From positions 4,377 through 68,376 of the IMG/VR virus record IMGVR_UViG_3300014866_000001: DNA of 64,000 nt; one strand, given 5' to 3'. Position numbers and translations under genes: made by a program. A model generated the notes under the pieces. It was not told the DNA's origin. It did not search any database and saw nothing but the letters and a program-made list of their open reading frames with translations. The stretch comes from a virus. Taxonomy: Duplodnaviria; Caudoviricetes. Every line of letters starts with the position of its first letter. Within the stretch, counting starts at the first letter, position 1. Below, in pieces: positions 53,574 through 63,099 of the stretch.

Positions 53574-53804
53574 TCACTGGGTTTGGAGCAACGCTTGTAT
53601 TGCGTTGATCGTGTTCATCCGGTCAGCGTCGGGAACTGGCAGGATTCGGATTGCCGCTTCCAGTTCCAATTCCTCTTTCGTGTCCGTCCCCACAAGTCCA
53701 ACCAGCGCCTTGCGGGTCAGGGCCAGTTGATTCCGCAGTGCCTCGATCTCTTGTCGGCACAGTCCGTGTGTGTCTTCATCCGCTGGGTTGAATTCAAAAC
53801 TCAT
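53574..53804 (-). CDS. Hypothetical protein
   Basis: 76-aa ORF with AGGAGG SD. Confidence 0.55.
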   Translation of the reverse strand: MSFEFNPADEDTHGLCRQEIEALRNQLALTRKALVGLVGTDTKEELELEAAIRILPVPDADRMNTINAIQALLQTQ

Positions 53805-53813
53805 GGAATCCTC

Positions 53814-54065
53814 CTAAAACAACTGAAGCTGCTTTTCCTCGACCTCCACCACACGCCGCAAGATCCATCCGTCTCCGACCGGCAGAATCGCACACTCACG
53901 CTTTAGCTGCTCAATCCACTTTTGCACCTGATCGACCAACACAGTTCGCCGCTTGCCGCCACTCGCCAGCGGTGACACCGACAAGTCCTGCGCCAGATCC
54001 GCCACGCTCAGCGGCAGCCGCGCCGACGAAAGCATCTCCAGGATCTCCGTGCGGAGGGCGCTCAC
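53814..54065 (-). CDS. Winged-HTH-like protein
   Basis: ILEMLSSARLPLSVADLAQDL. Confidence 0.5.
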   Translation of the reverse strand: MSALRTEILEMLSSARLPLSVADLAQDLSVSPLASGGKRRTVLVDQVQKWIEQLKRECAILPVGDGWILRRVVEVEEKQLQLF

Positions 54066-54244
54066 TTCTGATTAACCTCCACACCCATCTCGTCTCGGAC
54101 GTATTCACGTAGTTCAGGATCGGCAAGGATTGCCGCCCGAAGTTTTTCTATCGCTCTCCGTTCGACCTGCCACACCCGTACGTAGCTGATACCAAGAGCG
54201 GCGGCCGTCTCTTTCAATGTCAGTGGCACGCTCATTGAGGCCAC
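54062..54244 (-). CDS. Sigma-70 region 4-like HTH protein
   Basis: LTLKETAAALGISYVRVWQVERRAIEKLR. Confidence 0.75.
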   Translation of the reverse strand: MASMSVPLTLKETAAALGISYVRVWQVERRAIEKLRAAILADPELREYVRDEMGVEVNQK

Positions 54245-55092
54245 TCCAATCCCTTGGATTTCAAAACCGCAATGATTTGGTCGTCCGTTTTCTTCTGCTT
54301 CCTGCCATCGGAGATAATCCGATACGCCAGCGCGTCCTTGTTCTTTTGCTGTTTGTTAGTTGCCTGCTTATCAGCGATCGTTTTCGCTGTGCTGCCAGGT
54401 GGCCAACCGTCACTTGCTGCTTGAGATGGCAGACCTTCGCTGATCCGCCAAGCCAAATAGCCAGCCGTCCAAGCACCTTGGTTTTTGCACCAATGGTCGA
54501 TAACCGCGTTCACATCAGACGTTGAAAGACCATTGGATTTCGCGCTTTTGATGGTCTTACTAATGGAGTTCACGCCGCAAATGTTGAGTCGTGTCGCGAT
54601 TCCCTCCCATTCAGTCAACGAACGTCCGTCGCCGTCGTCCAAATTGGTTGAATCTAAGTTTGATGGTGGTGAAGAATTTGAATTTGAATTTGAATTTGAA
54701 GATCCTTGTGACAACGGCGTGACACCGACGTGACAAGGCTCATCCTTTCCACGGCACTTGCGCTGCCGCGAGGCATCGTTAGCCCGTTTCTCCGCATCCC
54801 GTACCATCCTGCGGCTGAAGATGATCCCATCAGACGTGCGACTCGGAACTCCAGCACGATCCAATTCCGACAAAAGCTCACGATACGTCTCGACGGGGCA
54901 GCCTACACGTGAGGCGACCCAATCGTCGGAGGCAGCGTGGCCATTGGTCGTCAGATATCCGTACCGTTGCGAGTCGTGCATGATGAACATCAGCCTCAAC
55001 CACAATGCTTGGGCAGAAAGCGAACAACCTGCGATGTTGTCTCTAAGCCAATCTCCAGGGAATAACGATATATAAGGGAGTTTCTTAGGCAT
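54232..55092 (-). CDS. Phage replication initiator-like protein
   Basis: PYISLFPGDWL...ALWLRLMFIMH...IFSRRMVRD N-terminal wHTH; Ser/Asn-rich linker. Confidence 0.7.
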   Translation of the reverse strand: MPKKLPYISLFPGDWLRDNIAGCSLSAQALWLRLMFIMHDSQRYGYLTTNGHAASDDWVASRVGCPVETYRELLSELDRAGVPSRTSDGIIFSRRMVRDAEKRANDASRQRKCRGKDEPCHVGVTPLSQGSSNSNSNSNSSPPSNLDSTNLDDGDGRSLTEWEGIATRLNICGVNSISKTIKSAKSNGLSTSDVNAVIDHWCKNQGAWTAGYLAWRISEGLPSQAASDGWPPGSTAKTIADKQATNKQQKNKDALAYRIISDGRKQKKTDDQIIAVLKSKGLEWPQ

Positions 55093-55149
55093 GACGGTCC
55101 GTCGTCGAAGTTGCTTGACCTTCAAGCGACATTTTCCGGCAACTCGACA

Positions 55150-55323
55150 CTACTTCCGCTCTCGATAATGCTTCGATTCAAACGTGGCCCACAACGCCAG
55201 CCGATTCTCGACCAGCACGGCCGCGACCTGTGATTCCGGCAATCCAACGTCCTTCGCGATGCGCCACAGCCGATAACCGTTGCGGCGCATGCGAAGGATC
55301 CAGTTCTTGGTTCGGATAGTCAT
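55150..55323 (-). CDS. 57-aa HTH protein (absent from ORF track)
   Basis: MTIRTKNWILRMRRNGYRLWRIAKDVGLPESQVAAVL... Confidence 0.5.
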   Translation of the reverse strand: MTIRTKNWILRMRRNGYRLWRIAKDVGLPESQVAAVLVENRLALWATFESKHYRERK

Positions 55324-55329
55324 GGCGAA

Positions 55330-55938
55330 CTACCGACTTGTTTTCACAACGACATTTCTTTGGAACTTCACTCCTGACTCCACCAATACCTTCTCAATCT
55401 TGTCGTTTAACTCAGACTCGTCAGAAGCGTCGAACAACCAAAGCTGCTTGCGCTTGCTCTCAAACTCATTCCACTGGCGAACCTCGAACGAAGATTCTCC
55501 GTGACGACGCGCGACGCAATCGAACCATCCGAACTGGTGGTCGTGCTTTCGCGACTTCAATCGCGGTCTCTCAAGATCGTCGCGAATCAAAACGCCATCT
55601 TTGTCAGTGACCAACTCAAGGTGAGTTAGTTCGTGGTCGATCAACGCGTCTCGCTCCAACTCGGACCACAATTCCCATTGATCGCCATCAATCACAATTT
55701 CAGAATCACCGCGCCCAGCAGCTCGATCTTTCAACTCGATGATTTTGACAACGGCACCGGCTGGATAACCTTGATGCTTTAGTGCCGGTCCAACCGCATC
55801 ACCGTTCTTGTCAGTGCTGGCGTGCGCGAAAATGCAATCGACTGAAACGCCAGCGTCGTGAAGTTCAGGATGGAACTTCTTCATCATGCGTTCGACAACT
55901 CGAAGCACTTCCTTCGGAGCCAATTGATACGTCGACAT
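55330..55938 (-). CDS. Putative phage metallopeptidase
   Basis: ALIDHELTH HExxH motif...KHD. Confidence 0.75.
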   Translation of the reverse strand: MSTYQLAPKEVLRVVERMMKKFHPELHDAGVSVDCIFAHASTDKNGDAVGPALKHQGYPAGAVVKIIELKDRAAGRGDSEIVIDGDQWELWSELERDALIDHELTHLELVTDKDGVLIRDDLERPRLKSRKHDHQFGWFDCVARRHGESSFEVRQWNEFESKRKQLWLFDASDESELNDKIEKVLVESGVKFQRNVVVKTSR

Positions 55939-55962
55939 AAATGTTTTCGAGTACGGTTGAAA

Positions 55963-56976
55963 TTACTGTCCCGCGCTGTGCTGATCCGGCTGCGTGTCGA
56001 GCAGCGTTCCCGGCTTCTTCTTCTTCTTCTGCAGTTCGGCCTTGCGTGTCTCACCCTCGGCGCTCGCGTCGTTATGCCGCTCTGGTGGCAGCGTCTTGAG
56101 TGATTCCGTCACTAGGTAGTCCACGTCACCAATCCGGTCGATGAGCCGCAGGCCGTTTAGGAACGCGTCCCAGGGAGGGAGTTTGGGTTGAGTCGGTTTC
56201 TCGCCGTCTGCTTCGGAAGGCGTATAGGAACTCTCTGGCAGTTCTTCGACGGCACTCTCTGGCACAACAACGGCCTCGATGGGTTTGAGCATGTTTTCCA
56301 GCTCAGTGGGATTCGGCGCCTTGTTGTCCTGATCGGGCTCATTGCGTCCGACGAACTCGGCTTCTTCCTTGGTCAGAACGTTGCCACCAATTGGCGTGAA
56401 CAGGCGGGTGGCATGATGCAGGGAAAACAGTCGCAGCATGTGGATTGGAATCTTGGCGTGCATGAACCCTGCCAACTTCGCGTACTCTTTGGCATACGCT
56501 CGGTAGATGGTTGGGTACTTTCGCTTCTTTGAGTGGATGATCGTTTCAATCCAATCAACAGTCCCGTCTGGCAACTCGTTGATCTTTGCTTCGTGACCGT
56601 CGTAGTGGTCAGTGCGGTCCAGGATTTTCACGAAACCATCAATCCCGATGATGGTCATCAGGCGACCTTTATTGTCACGACTGACGTAGATTTCTTTGGC
56701 AATCGGGTCGAGTTTGTACCGCGCGATCATGCTGATGCCGGAAAACATCTCCTGGTCAGTAAGCGGCGGTTGATCTTTCGATGTTTTCCAAACATTGCGA
56801 AGCAGGTCACAAACCTTTTGCCACGGCACACCAAGGATGCTGGCTGCGTCTTTGACGATAGATTGCTGTTTAGTGGTCTGCTCGATTACTTGATCCAGCG
56901 GAGCGGCATCTTTGCTTGTTCCGTGTGGCGTCTGCTGCCGATGTTGTGATGGTGCTGGGGCTGTCGCTGTGTTCAT
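55963..56976 (-). CDS. RecT/Bet-like ssDNA annealing protein
   Basis: LDPIAKEIY...IIGIDGFVK; adjacent to a YqaJ exonuclease. Confidence 0.75.
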   Translation of the reverse strand: MNTATAPAPSQHRQQTPHGTSKDAAPLDQVIEQTTKQQSIVKDAASILGVPWQKVCDLLRNVWKTSKDQPPLTDQEMFSGISMIARYKLDPIAKEIYVSRDNKGRLMTIIGIDGFVKILDRTDHYDGHEAKINELPDGTVDWIETIIHSKKRKYPTIYRAYAKEYAKLAGFMHAKIPIHMLRLFSLHHATRLFTPIGGNVLTKEEAEFVGRNEPDQDNKAPNPTELENMLKPIEAVVVPESAVEELPESSYTPSEADGEKPTQPKLPPWDAFLNGLRLIDRIGDVDYLVTESLKTLPPERHNDASAEGETRKAELQKKKKKPGTLLDTQPDQHSAGQ

Positions 56977-57929
56977 ACCAAGATCGCCTTTCCAAATGAC
57001 TCGAGTTGTTCGACGGATTCCATAACGGTTAAGCGGGCGCAATCAACACAGGCGTTTGCCGCCTCGTCGTTGACGGATGGCCAGTCCAGGTTGCGAAGCA
57101 TGGTGGCCATGTCGTGAATTTTTTGGACGTCTGGCTTCAAACGTTCCTGGCGTTGCCGTTCCAAGGCCGCTGCCGCCGCTTGTTGCTCGGCTGCAATGCG
57201 TTCACGCTCGACTCTGGCGCGGGCTTCCTCATCGGCTTTGATCTTGGCCTGTCGTTCAAACTCAGCACGCTCTACGCGGGCACGGTCAGCCTCGACAGCC
57301 TTCCGCTCGTCTTCTAGCCGCTTTCGCTCTGCAGCCTGTGCCGCTTCCATTTCGGCACGTTCTTTGGCCAGTCGCTCGCGCTCAACACGCTGTTCTTCTG
57401 CAACGCGGGCTTGCTCTGCCTGTTGCCTGGCAAGTTCGGCGGCACGTTCCGCTTCCAGTTTCTTCCGTTCGGCTTCGAGTTTTTCGCGTTCGACTTTTAG
57501 CCGTGCCTCTTCCGCTTCACGTTCGGCCCGCAGTCTGGCTTCCTCGGCCTCACGCTTAGCCCGCAGCTCCTCCTCAATGCGCCGCTTCTCAGCCTCTTCT
57601 TTCTCGCGGCGGGCACGTTCCTTTTCGTCGTCAACAGATTTTTTGGCAATCTTCAAGGGCTCCTCGATGCCTTCGAGCGCGGCAGTAATACGCTTGGCCT
57701 CATTGTCAACCTTTCGCCCCCAGGCCAATGCGTCAGCCTTCAACTCGACTCGCCGCTTTTCAACAGCGACTCGTAACTCCCGGCATTCTGCAATCCCAGA
57801 ACGAACTGCCTCATACCCTTCCTTGTTGGTGGCTGTCAGTCCGGTTAGCCGCTGCTTGAGTTCGCTCAGGGCCGCATCCGTGACTGAGAACACGACCGGA
57901 AGTGATTCGACTTTTGCGTCCGTACTCAT
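56973..57929 (-). CDS. Coiled-coil phage protein
   Basis: Glu/Arg/Ala-rich heptads. Confidence 0.7.
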   Translation of the reverse strand: MSTDAKVESLPVVFSVTDAALSELKQRLTGLTATNKEGYEAVRSGIAECRELRVAVEKRRVELKADALAWGRKVDNEAKRITAALEGIEEPLKIAKKSVDDEKERARREKEEAEKRRIEEELRAKREAEEARLRAEREAEEARLKVEREKLEAERKKLEAERAAELARQQAEQARVAEEQRVERERLAKERAEMEAAQAAERKRLEDERKAVEADRARVERAEFERQAKIKADEEARARVERERIAAEQQAAAAALERQRQERLKPDVQKIHDMATMLRNLDWPSVNDEAANACVDCARLTVMESVEQLESFGKAILV

Positions 57930-58574
57930 CTACGCTGCCTTTCGTTTCCATTGGGCGATTAGTGACTGCATTCGAGACAGCATCTCGTCACGAAAGGCGA
58001 GCACCGCTCGAAACAGGGTGTCAATAAATTGTTCGTCTCGTGCGACCTGGATAACCAGCAACCGCTGATCCTTATGGAAGTCGTCGTGGTAGGACACAAA
58101 GTCCCAGCGAGTCTTGCCGCACACCCACATTCCACCTTGAATCTGCGCCATGTGTTTTTTTGGGACGCCGTCCAGCAAGACGCTCAAATGGTTCTGGGCG
58201 TCTATCGGGCATTTGATTTCCAACCCGGCGTCATCTGTCAGCCCGTCTGGGCTGCACCCAACGAATCGCTCCGTGGGGTGCTTGATGAATCCGACCTGCT
58301 CGACTTTCAAGCCGGTGTGTTTCATGTATGCTTCGCGAGCGGTGTTTTCCCATCGCTTGCCGTGACGTGTGGCTTCTGACTCAATCTGTCTGGCTGGCTT
58401 GTTGGTCAACAACTCGCACATCAGCTCACGCATGTATCCTTCGGCGGAACCAGACAAATCGCCGTCCTCGCGTGCGGCCTTGCTCCGTGGCTGCTTTAGG
58501 ACATCGGCGAAGCGGCTAGCGGTCACATGCCCGAGCCGTTCCATCAACCATTCGTTGGTTCCCTGAACGCTCAC
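57930..58574 (-). CDS. YqaJ/lambda-type exonuclease
   Basis: WLMERLGHVTAS...GCSPDG...LEIKCP...QIQGGMWV. Confidence 0.92.
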   Translation of the reverse strand: MSVQGTNEWLMERLGHVTASRFADVLKQPRSKAAREDGDLSGSAEGYMRELMCELLTNKPARQIESEATRHGKRWENTAREAYMKHTGLKVEQVGFIKHPTERFVGCSPDGLTDDAGLEIKCPIDAQNHLSVLLDGVPKKHMAQIQGGMWVCGKTRWDFVSYHDDFHKDQRLLVIQVARDEQFIDTLFRAVLAFRDEMLSRMQSLIAQWKRKAA

Positions 58575-58801
58575 TCGCTGCCTCCGATCGCACGTTCTGT
58601 AATTTCTTCCACTGCGGCGTCGACGTCAGATTGCATTTTTCTGTGAGCCAACATCGCATCCGCGTACCGATAGCAGGATGCCGCCACGGACGGAGGAAGG
58701 CTGTCGTCGGATGTCCCGTCGAATGTCCGGTTTCGACCAGCTCCCCACGCCACCAGCGCGCCGATGGCAAACCAATCACGTAATGTCAACTCGTCCATTA
58801 C
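58571..58801 (-). CDS. Conserved-type phage small protein
   Basis: LTLRDWFA...YRYADAML. Confidence 0.65.
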   Translation of the reverse strand, partial: VMDELTLRDWFAIGALVAWGAGRNRTFDGTSDDSLPPSVAASCYRYADAMLAHRKMQSDVDAAVEEITERAIGGSE

Positions 58802-59025
58802 TCGCTTCCTCCGATCTCGGCAGACCTGTTGCAGTTTGGGCAATGTGCGGCAGGTGGATCGTTCCGTAAGTCGTTGCAGCGACAGGTTGCAGAGTATCTG
58901 TCCAACGCTGCCGACACCGCCTCGGACTCAGCGTGCCGGTCCCACAGTCGGTGAGACGGTTCGTACTTGTCGATCCCGCCTAACCGCGAGCCGTGGTACG
59001 TGTTGCCGTAGACGTCGTATCTCAT
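58798..59025 (-). CDS. Small Cys-motif protein
   Basis: MRYDVYG start overlaps the upstream stop. Confidence 0.45.
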   Translation of the reverse strand: MRYDVYGNTYHGSRLGGIDKYEPSHRLWDRHAESEAVSAALDRYSATCRCNDLRNDPPAAHCPNCNRSAEIGGSE

Positions 59026-59213
59026 ACCGACACCTTCCTCGAATACACGTCGGCGGCTTCGATCCGCTTTACGGCTACCTCCAGCAAGTCGCCGTCGAGA
59101 AACAGGTCTTCCTGCGCAGTCTGGTACGGCTGCTCTGCTGGAAGCTGTAACGCCAGTTCGCGTATCTCGACTCGAATCCGTCGTATGCGTTCTGCAATCT
59201 CGCGAGGGGTCAT
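59022..59213 (-). CDS. Hypothetical protein
   Basis: 63-aa coupled ORF. Confidence 0.5.
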   Translation of the reverse strand: MTPREIAERIRRIRVEIRELALQLPAEQPYQTAQEDLFLDGDLLEVAVKRIEAADVYSRKVSV

Positions 59214-59659
59214 ACATAGACCTCCACCGGCAAGCGGTACTCGAAGCGGTAGGCGTCGGCGGCCTCGTAAAAGTCACGAAGTACTTCCGCCGTGAATCCC
59301 ATTGCGCGCCAAAACAAATGTGCGTTCGTGTTGAATTCGTCGCAAACAATCTCGATTTTCGTTCGCCGAATCGGTGATAGTTTCAGTTTCAGTTTTCGTG
59401 TCATCTCCGTTCCGATACCGCGTCTCCAGTAATCGGGATGAACTGCGAAGTTCGTGATTTCGAAGTGCCGCTTGTAAAGTTCGTAGATGTAGTACCCGAC
59501 GACATTGCCATCCAGTTCGGTGACCATCGGGGCACAGTTCATCTGGCGAACGTGGTCGTTGAAAGTTGCTTCGTCCCACGGATACCGAAAGCAAAGTCGC
59601 TCGATCTCCATGAAAGACTCAATGTCGCGGCGAATCATAAAACGAGTATGTAAATTCAT
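59210..59659 (-). CDS. RimI-like GNAT acetyltransferase
   Basis: IERLCFRYPW...NFAVHPDYWRRGIG...FWRAMGF...RDFY. Confidence 0.8.
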   Translation of the reverse strand: MNLHTRFMIRRDIESFMEIERLCFRYPWDEATFNDHVRQMNCAPMVTELDGNVVGYYIYELYKRHFEITNFAVHPDYWRRGIGTEMTRKLKLKLSPIRRTKIEIVCDEFNTNAHLFWRAMGFTAEVLRDFYEAADAYRFEYRLPVEVYV

Positions 59660-59835
59660 TGCAGGTTCTCCAGCACATGTGGCTTCCCGGTTCCAAGACA
59701 ATTTTGACAGTCCACTACGCCACCGTGGCAGCTCAGGCACGGCCCGCCGCACGTCTCGCAGTCGTCCCAGTAACCTTCGCAGCACGGGCACACCGCAGAC
59801 TTCGAGCCGAGACAGACGGGGCAGTGGGCGCTCAT
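59656..59835 (-). CDS. 59-aa DnaJ-like Zn-finger protein (absent from ORF track)
   Basis: MSAHCPVCLG...CPCCEG...CETCGG.CLSCHG...CQNCLGTG. Confidence 0.6.
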   Translation of the reverse strand: MSAHCPVCLGSKSAVCPCCEGYWDDCETCGGPCLSCHGGVVDCQNCLGTGKPHVLENLQ

Positions 59836-60002
59836 TCGGGTTCCTCCTGCTCCAACCGACGCTGACGAACCTTATCGCGCTCAACCTGGATATCCTCAGG
59901 CGCGTCAATCCCCAGCCTCGCGCGAACAGTGCCGACGTTCGTTATCACAATCGTCTCGCCGATATAGACTTTTTTGTTCGGTGCAACCGTGATCACTAGC
60001 AT
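59832..60002 (-). CDS. CsrA-like protein (56 aa, absent from ORF track)
   Basis: MLVITVAPNKKVYIGETIVITNVGTVRARLGIDAPEDIQVERD; GGAGG SD. Confidence 0.75.
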   Translation of the reverse strand: MLVITVAPNKKVYIGETIVITNVGTVRARLGIDAPEDIQVERDKVRQRRLEQEEPE

Positions 60003-60004
60003 CG

Positions 60005-60205
60005 TTAAGCCTCCTTGTTACTCCGTCTGCGAAAGAACTCCCTTTCGACAACCGTTATCTCAACAAACTTCTGCGCTCGACTACCGAGCCGGGCCCGTCG
60101 TTCCGATTCGCTCCAAGTCCGCTGGATCTTTTCGCACGCTCGGCGGATGTATTCGTTCGCCTTGTCCTCGTCCACGTTCGGGTCCTTCAAGTCGTCGCGG
60201 TTCAT
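60005..60205 (-). CDS. Small phage protein
   Basis: IRRACEKIQRTWSESER motif. Confidence 0.5.
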   Translation of the reverse strand: MNRDDLKDPNVDEDKANEYIRRACEKIQRTWSESERRARLGSRAQKFVEITVVEREFFRRRSNKEA

Positions 60206-60221
60206 CCGTGTGTCACCACGT

Positions 60222-60953
60222 TTACACTGCCAGCGGCAGAACACCTTGCCGCAGTCGTTCCGCCGCTGTTTCGCAATAACCTTCGTCAACCTCAATCCCG
60301 ATTGCACGTCGTCCAGACAGCTTCGCCGCTACGAGGGTCGTGCCGCTTCCCATGAATGGATCGACGCATAGGCCTGCAGGTGGAACGATGCTGGACACGA
60401 TTTTGCTCACCAAACCAAGCGGCTTTTGTGTCGGGTGATCGACCTTACCAGGCTGACCGTAGCGGTACGAATCAGACACAAATACGTTTGACCGCTTGGG
60501 ATCTTCGTCGCCGAACCACGCGCCAGTTCGATAACCGTAAACCGCTAGCTCAAATCCAGACGGCCACCAATTGCCTTTGCCTGCAGGTGGAGGGCATTCC
60601 TTGATCCAAGCAGCTGGCTTCGCAGTAAAACCATGCCGCCGAATCTGTTCCAAGAGCAACCCAAACTGATCCCCACCACAGAACGCAAACGCAGCTCCTC
60701 TGGGCTTCACCATGGCGAGCGCGGCGTCCATCCCATGAATGACCGTAAGCGTGATCGTTGGGTGATCCCAGTCGAACTGAAGCGTTCTTGTTCCCTCGCC
60801 TTCGCGATGCTGAAAACCAAACTGATTGACGATGCCATACGGAGGATCGGCGATGACGGCATCCACCAGGTCATCCAGATCAGGAAGCACGTCACGGCAA
60901 TCGCCGTGATAAATCGTGATGCCGGCAGATTTATCCTCGTAATACGGAGTCAT
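60222..60953 (-). CDS. DNA N6-adenine/N4-cytosine methyltransferase (beta class)
   Basis: YHGDCRDVL, DPPY, HPTQKP, DPFMGSGTT. Confidence 0.92.
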   Translation of the reverse strand: MTPYYEDKSAGITIYHGDCRDVLPDLDDLVDAVIADPPYGIVNQFGFQHREGEGTRTLQFDWDHPTITLTVIHGMDAALAMVKPRGAAFAFCGGDQFGLLLEQIRRHGFTAKPAAWIKECPPPAGKGNWWPSGFELAVYGYRTGAWFGDEDPKRSNVFVSDSYRYGQPGKVDHPTQKPLGLVSKIVSSIVPPAGLCVDPFMGSGTTLVAAKLSGRRAIGIEVDEGYCETAAERLRQGVLPLAV

Positions 60954-61068
60954 CGAAAACCCTTCATACAAAAGCACTGAACGCGCCGATTCCTTCGGTG
61001 CTACTCCCGTTCCGCGTCCAGTGCCCGACTCCCCGCCATGCAAGATCCATCGTTGGGGATTGTTTCGA

Positions 61069-61527
61069 TCAATCAGCGTTTCGACGCTCGCGTTTTTGTT
61101 CTGCATCCCATTCGCGTTGGTACATGCAACCGATTGTCATACCGGCAGGAATCGTGACGCTTCCGTGCGTCGGATGGAGAACTGTCCGTTCCTTGGTCAG
61201 CACAAGTACAGGTCCGATCAGTCCAGAGTCAGGCCACGCACTAGGACGATGGAGTTGGACGCCATCCATTGAATCGAGGCAGTGACGCGAACCTTGCGTA
61301 TTGCCTGGAACCAACTGCCGATCCCTGACAGTCGGATCAGCCACCATGACGTACCCTTTTGGGATTGACTCGATAACGACTAGGTAAAGGTCGCCCTGCC
61401 GGTGTGCGTCGTTCACTGACGCCGCTTCGCTGAACCGAACCGGTTCTCCTGGTTTGATTCGCGAATCCTTACCAGTGGCGATTTTGTTGGAACGACGAGT
61501 GATTCGGTCGATAACTGCTAAAGCCAT
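61069..61527 (-). CDS. Phage hypothetical protein
   Basis: HRQGDLY...GSRH...HPTHG motifs. Confidence 0.65.
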   Translation of the reverse strand: MALAVIDRITRRSNKIATGKDSRIKPGEPVRFSEAASVNDAHRQGDLYLVVIESIPKGYVMVADPTVRDRQLVPGNTQGSRHCLDSMDGVQLHRPSAWPDSGLIGPVLVLTKERTVLHPTHGSVTIPAGMTIGCMYQREWDAEQKRERRNAD

Positions 61528-61660
61528 TTCGGAAATCTCCTTTAAGGTTGTGGTGAGGCAAATAAGTCGTTACCTACTTTTCCAGCAGGCAATCGCGACA
61601 AGAACTGAAACGACCAAGGCCACAATCGAAATACAAAACGAGAGCGTCATTCGATATTCC

Positions 61661-62863
61661 TTAGCTGGCGGAAATAACGTTGATGTTTGGCGGTCCGAGC
61701 CATCGCTGTGCGGCCTCGCATGTGTCGATCTCAGGCGGTATTCCAAGTGAGAATGTCCTGCCAGTTGGACAGACGACGACGAGTCGCTGGATGCCGTCCT
61801 TGGTTCGGTACAGAGCTTCAGGACAGCCAGTTACGTAGTTCTTTGATTCGTGTCGTAGCTCCGCGCCGGTTTCCTTCAGATATCGTGGCCAGCCAAAACG
61901 TCGAATGCGGATTGCCTTTCGGTCGGCGTTCCCGTCCGAGTCGATTTGTTTGAGAGTCTGAGTATCCGGATTCATCACGATCTGCTCGTCAACTGGAATC
62001 CCGTCAACGGTCCATACGCTCCATCCGTCCGAATACAGCACCGATGGACCAGACTCGTTGTGAAGGAACTGCCGATTGGCGTCCCAATGGATTTCCGTTG
62101 GCTTCTGCGAAATGAATGCGATGCCTTTGCAGGCGACAATGAATTGGATGCACTTCGCCCAGTCGATGAACAGGTGCAACTTATCCTGGTCGAACTTCAC
62201 TCCGCCTTGTTCTCCGCACTGGTACCAAGCCGCCCACGAACTCCAGTAGAGGCAAACGTACCATTGGAGACTGTCGAGCTGACTGTTGAGCTGACTGTTG
62301 AGCTGACTGTCGAGCTGACTGTCGAGCTGACTGTAGAGCTGACTGTAGAGCTGACTGTCGAGCTGACTGTCGAGCTGACTGTCGAGCTGACTGTTGAGCT
62401 GACTGTTGAGCTGACTGTCGAGCTGACTGTCGAGCTGACTGTTGAGCTGACTGTTGAGCTGACTGTCGAGCTGACTGTCGAGCTGACTGTAGAGCTGACT
62501 GTAGAGCTGACTGTCGAGCTGACTGTTGAGCTGACTGTAGAGCTGACTGTAGAGCTGACTGTTGAGCTGACTGTAGAGCTGACTGTTGAGCTGACTGCCG
62601 AGCTGACTGTAGAGCTGACTGTTGAGATGCTTCTTCAGGTCCGTCTTTTTTAATACTTCCCATGCACGACACGCCATTATTGGCGACGAGAAAATCAACA
62701 CAGCCGGCTCGTCCTCGGTCATCGCGCGATACATGCGTCGCACGACGGAGCGACAGGCATCCACGTCCAGCGATTCCTTCTGGTAGTCGAACCAGCGGTC
62801 GATGATGCGCCCTACCTCTTGCCACTGCTCAAAAGAGAACGATTTGATTTTCTGTTGTGTCAT
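61661..62863 (-). CDS. DUF6745-like protein with an (SQL[D/N/Y])n repeat
   Basis: Tetrapeptide tract, then LHNESGPSVLYSDGWSVW..DG. Confidence 0.8.
   Translation of the reverse strand: MTQQKIKSFSFEQWQEVGRIIDRWFDYQKESLDVDACRSVVRRMYRAMTEDEPAVLIFSSPIMACRAWEVLKKTDLKKHLNSQLYSQLGSQLNSQLYSQLNSQLYSQLYSQLNSQLDSQLYSQLYSQLDSQLDSQLNSQLNSQLDSQLDSQLNSQLNSQLDSQLDSQLDSQLYSQLYSQLDSQLDSQLNSQLNSQLDSLQWYVCLYWSSWAAWYQCGEQGGVKFDQDKLHLFIDWAKCIQFIVACKGIAFISQKPTEIHWDANRQFLHNESGPSVLYSDGWSVWTVDGIPVDEQIVMNPDTQTLKQIDSDGNADRKAIRIRRFGWPRYLKETGAELRHESKNYVTGCPEALYRTKDGIQRLVVVCPTGRTFSLGIPPEIDTCEAAQRWLGPPNINVISAS
62269..62626. repeat. 12-bp coding tandem repeat, about 30 units
   Basis: GACTGT(C/T/A)GAGCT. Confidence 0.95.
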
Positions 62864-63099
62864 AATTCCAAGCCTTCCGTATCCATGAACCGCAATTGCG
62901 ACTCACCCTTACCGGCTCCAACTTCGCGACTCTCAGCCGCCTCTCGACTCGACGTGATTTGCCACGGTGCCAGCGGTACGACTCCAACCGGCGATTCCAC
63001 GAACACGGTCTTTTCCTGTCGGTCGATAGCCGTGATTCGGCACGTGTCCACGCTGCCAATGACGGAGCACAGTCGTCCGGTGACTAATAGCGTGTCCAT
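62860..63099 (-). CDS. Hypothetical protein
   Basis: MDTLLV start with AAAGGAG SD. Confidence 0.5.
   Translation of the reverse strand: MDTLLVTGRLCSVIGSVDTCRITAIDRQEKTVFVESPVGVVPLAPWQITSSREAAESREVGAGKGESQLRFMDTEGLEL

Noticed and set aside
57196-58068. Long plus-strand ORFs such as 57196..58068, 25108..26028 and 38242..38988
   Set aside because: Antisense shadows of well-supported minus-strand genes; low-complexity translations with no motifs
61946-62825. Alternative-frame ORFs 61946..62653 (ELTV)n and 62181..62825 (QSAR)n
   Set aside because: The 12-bp repeat has no stops in these frames; only the SQLx frame has plausible flanking domains
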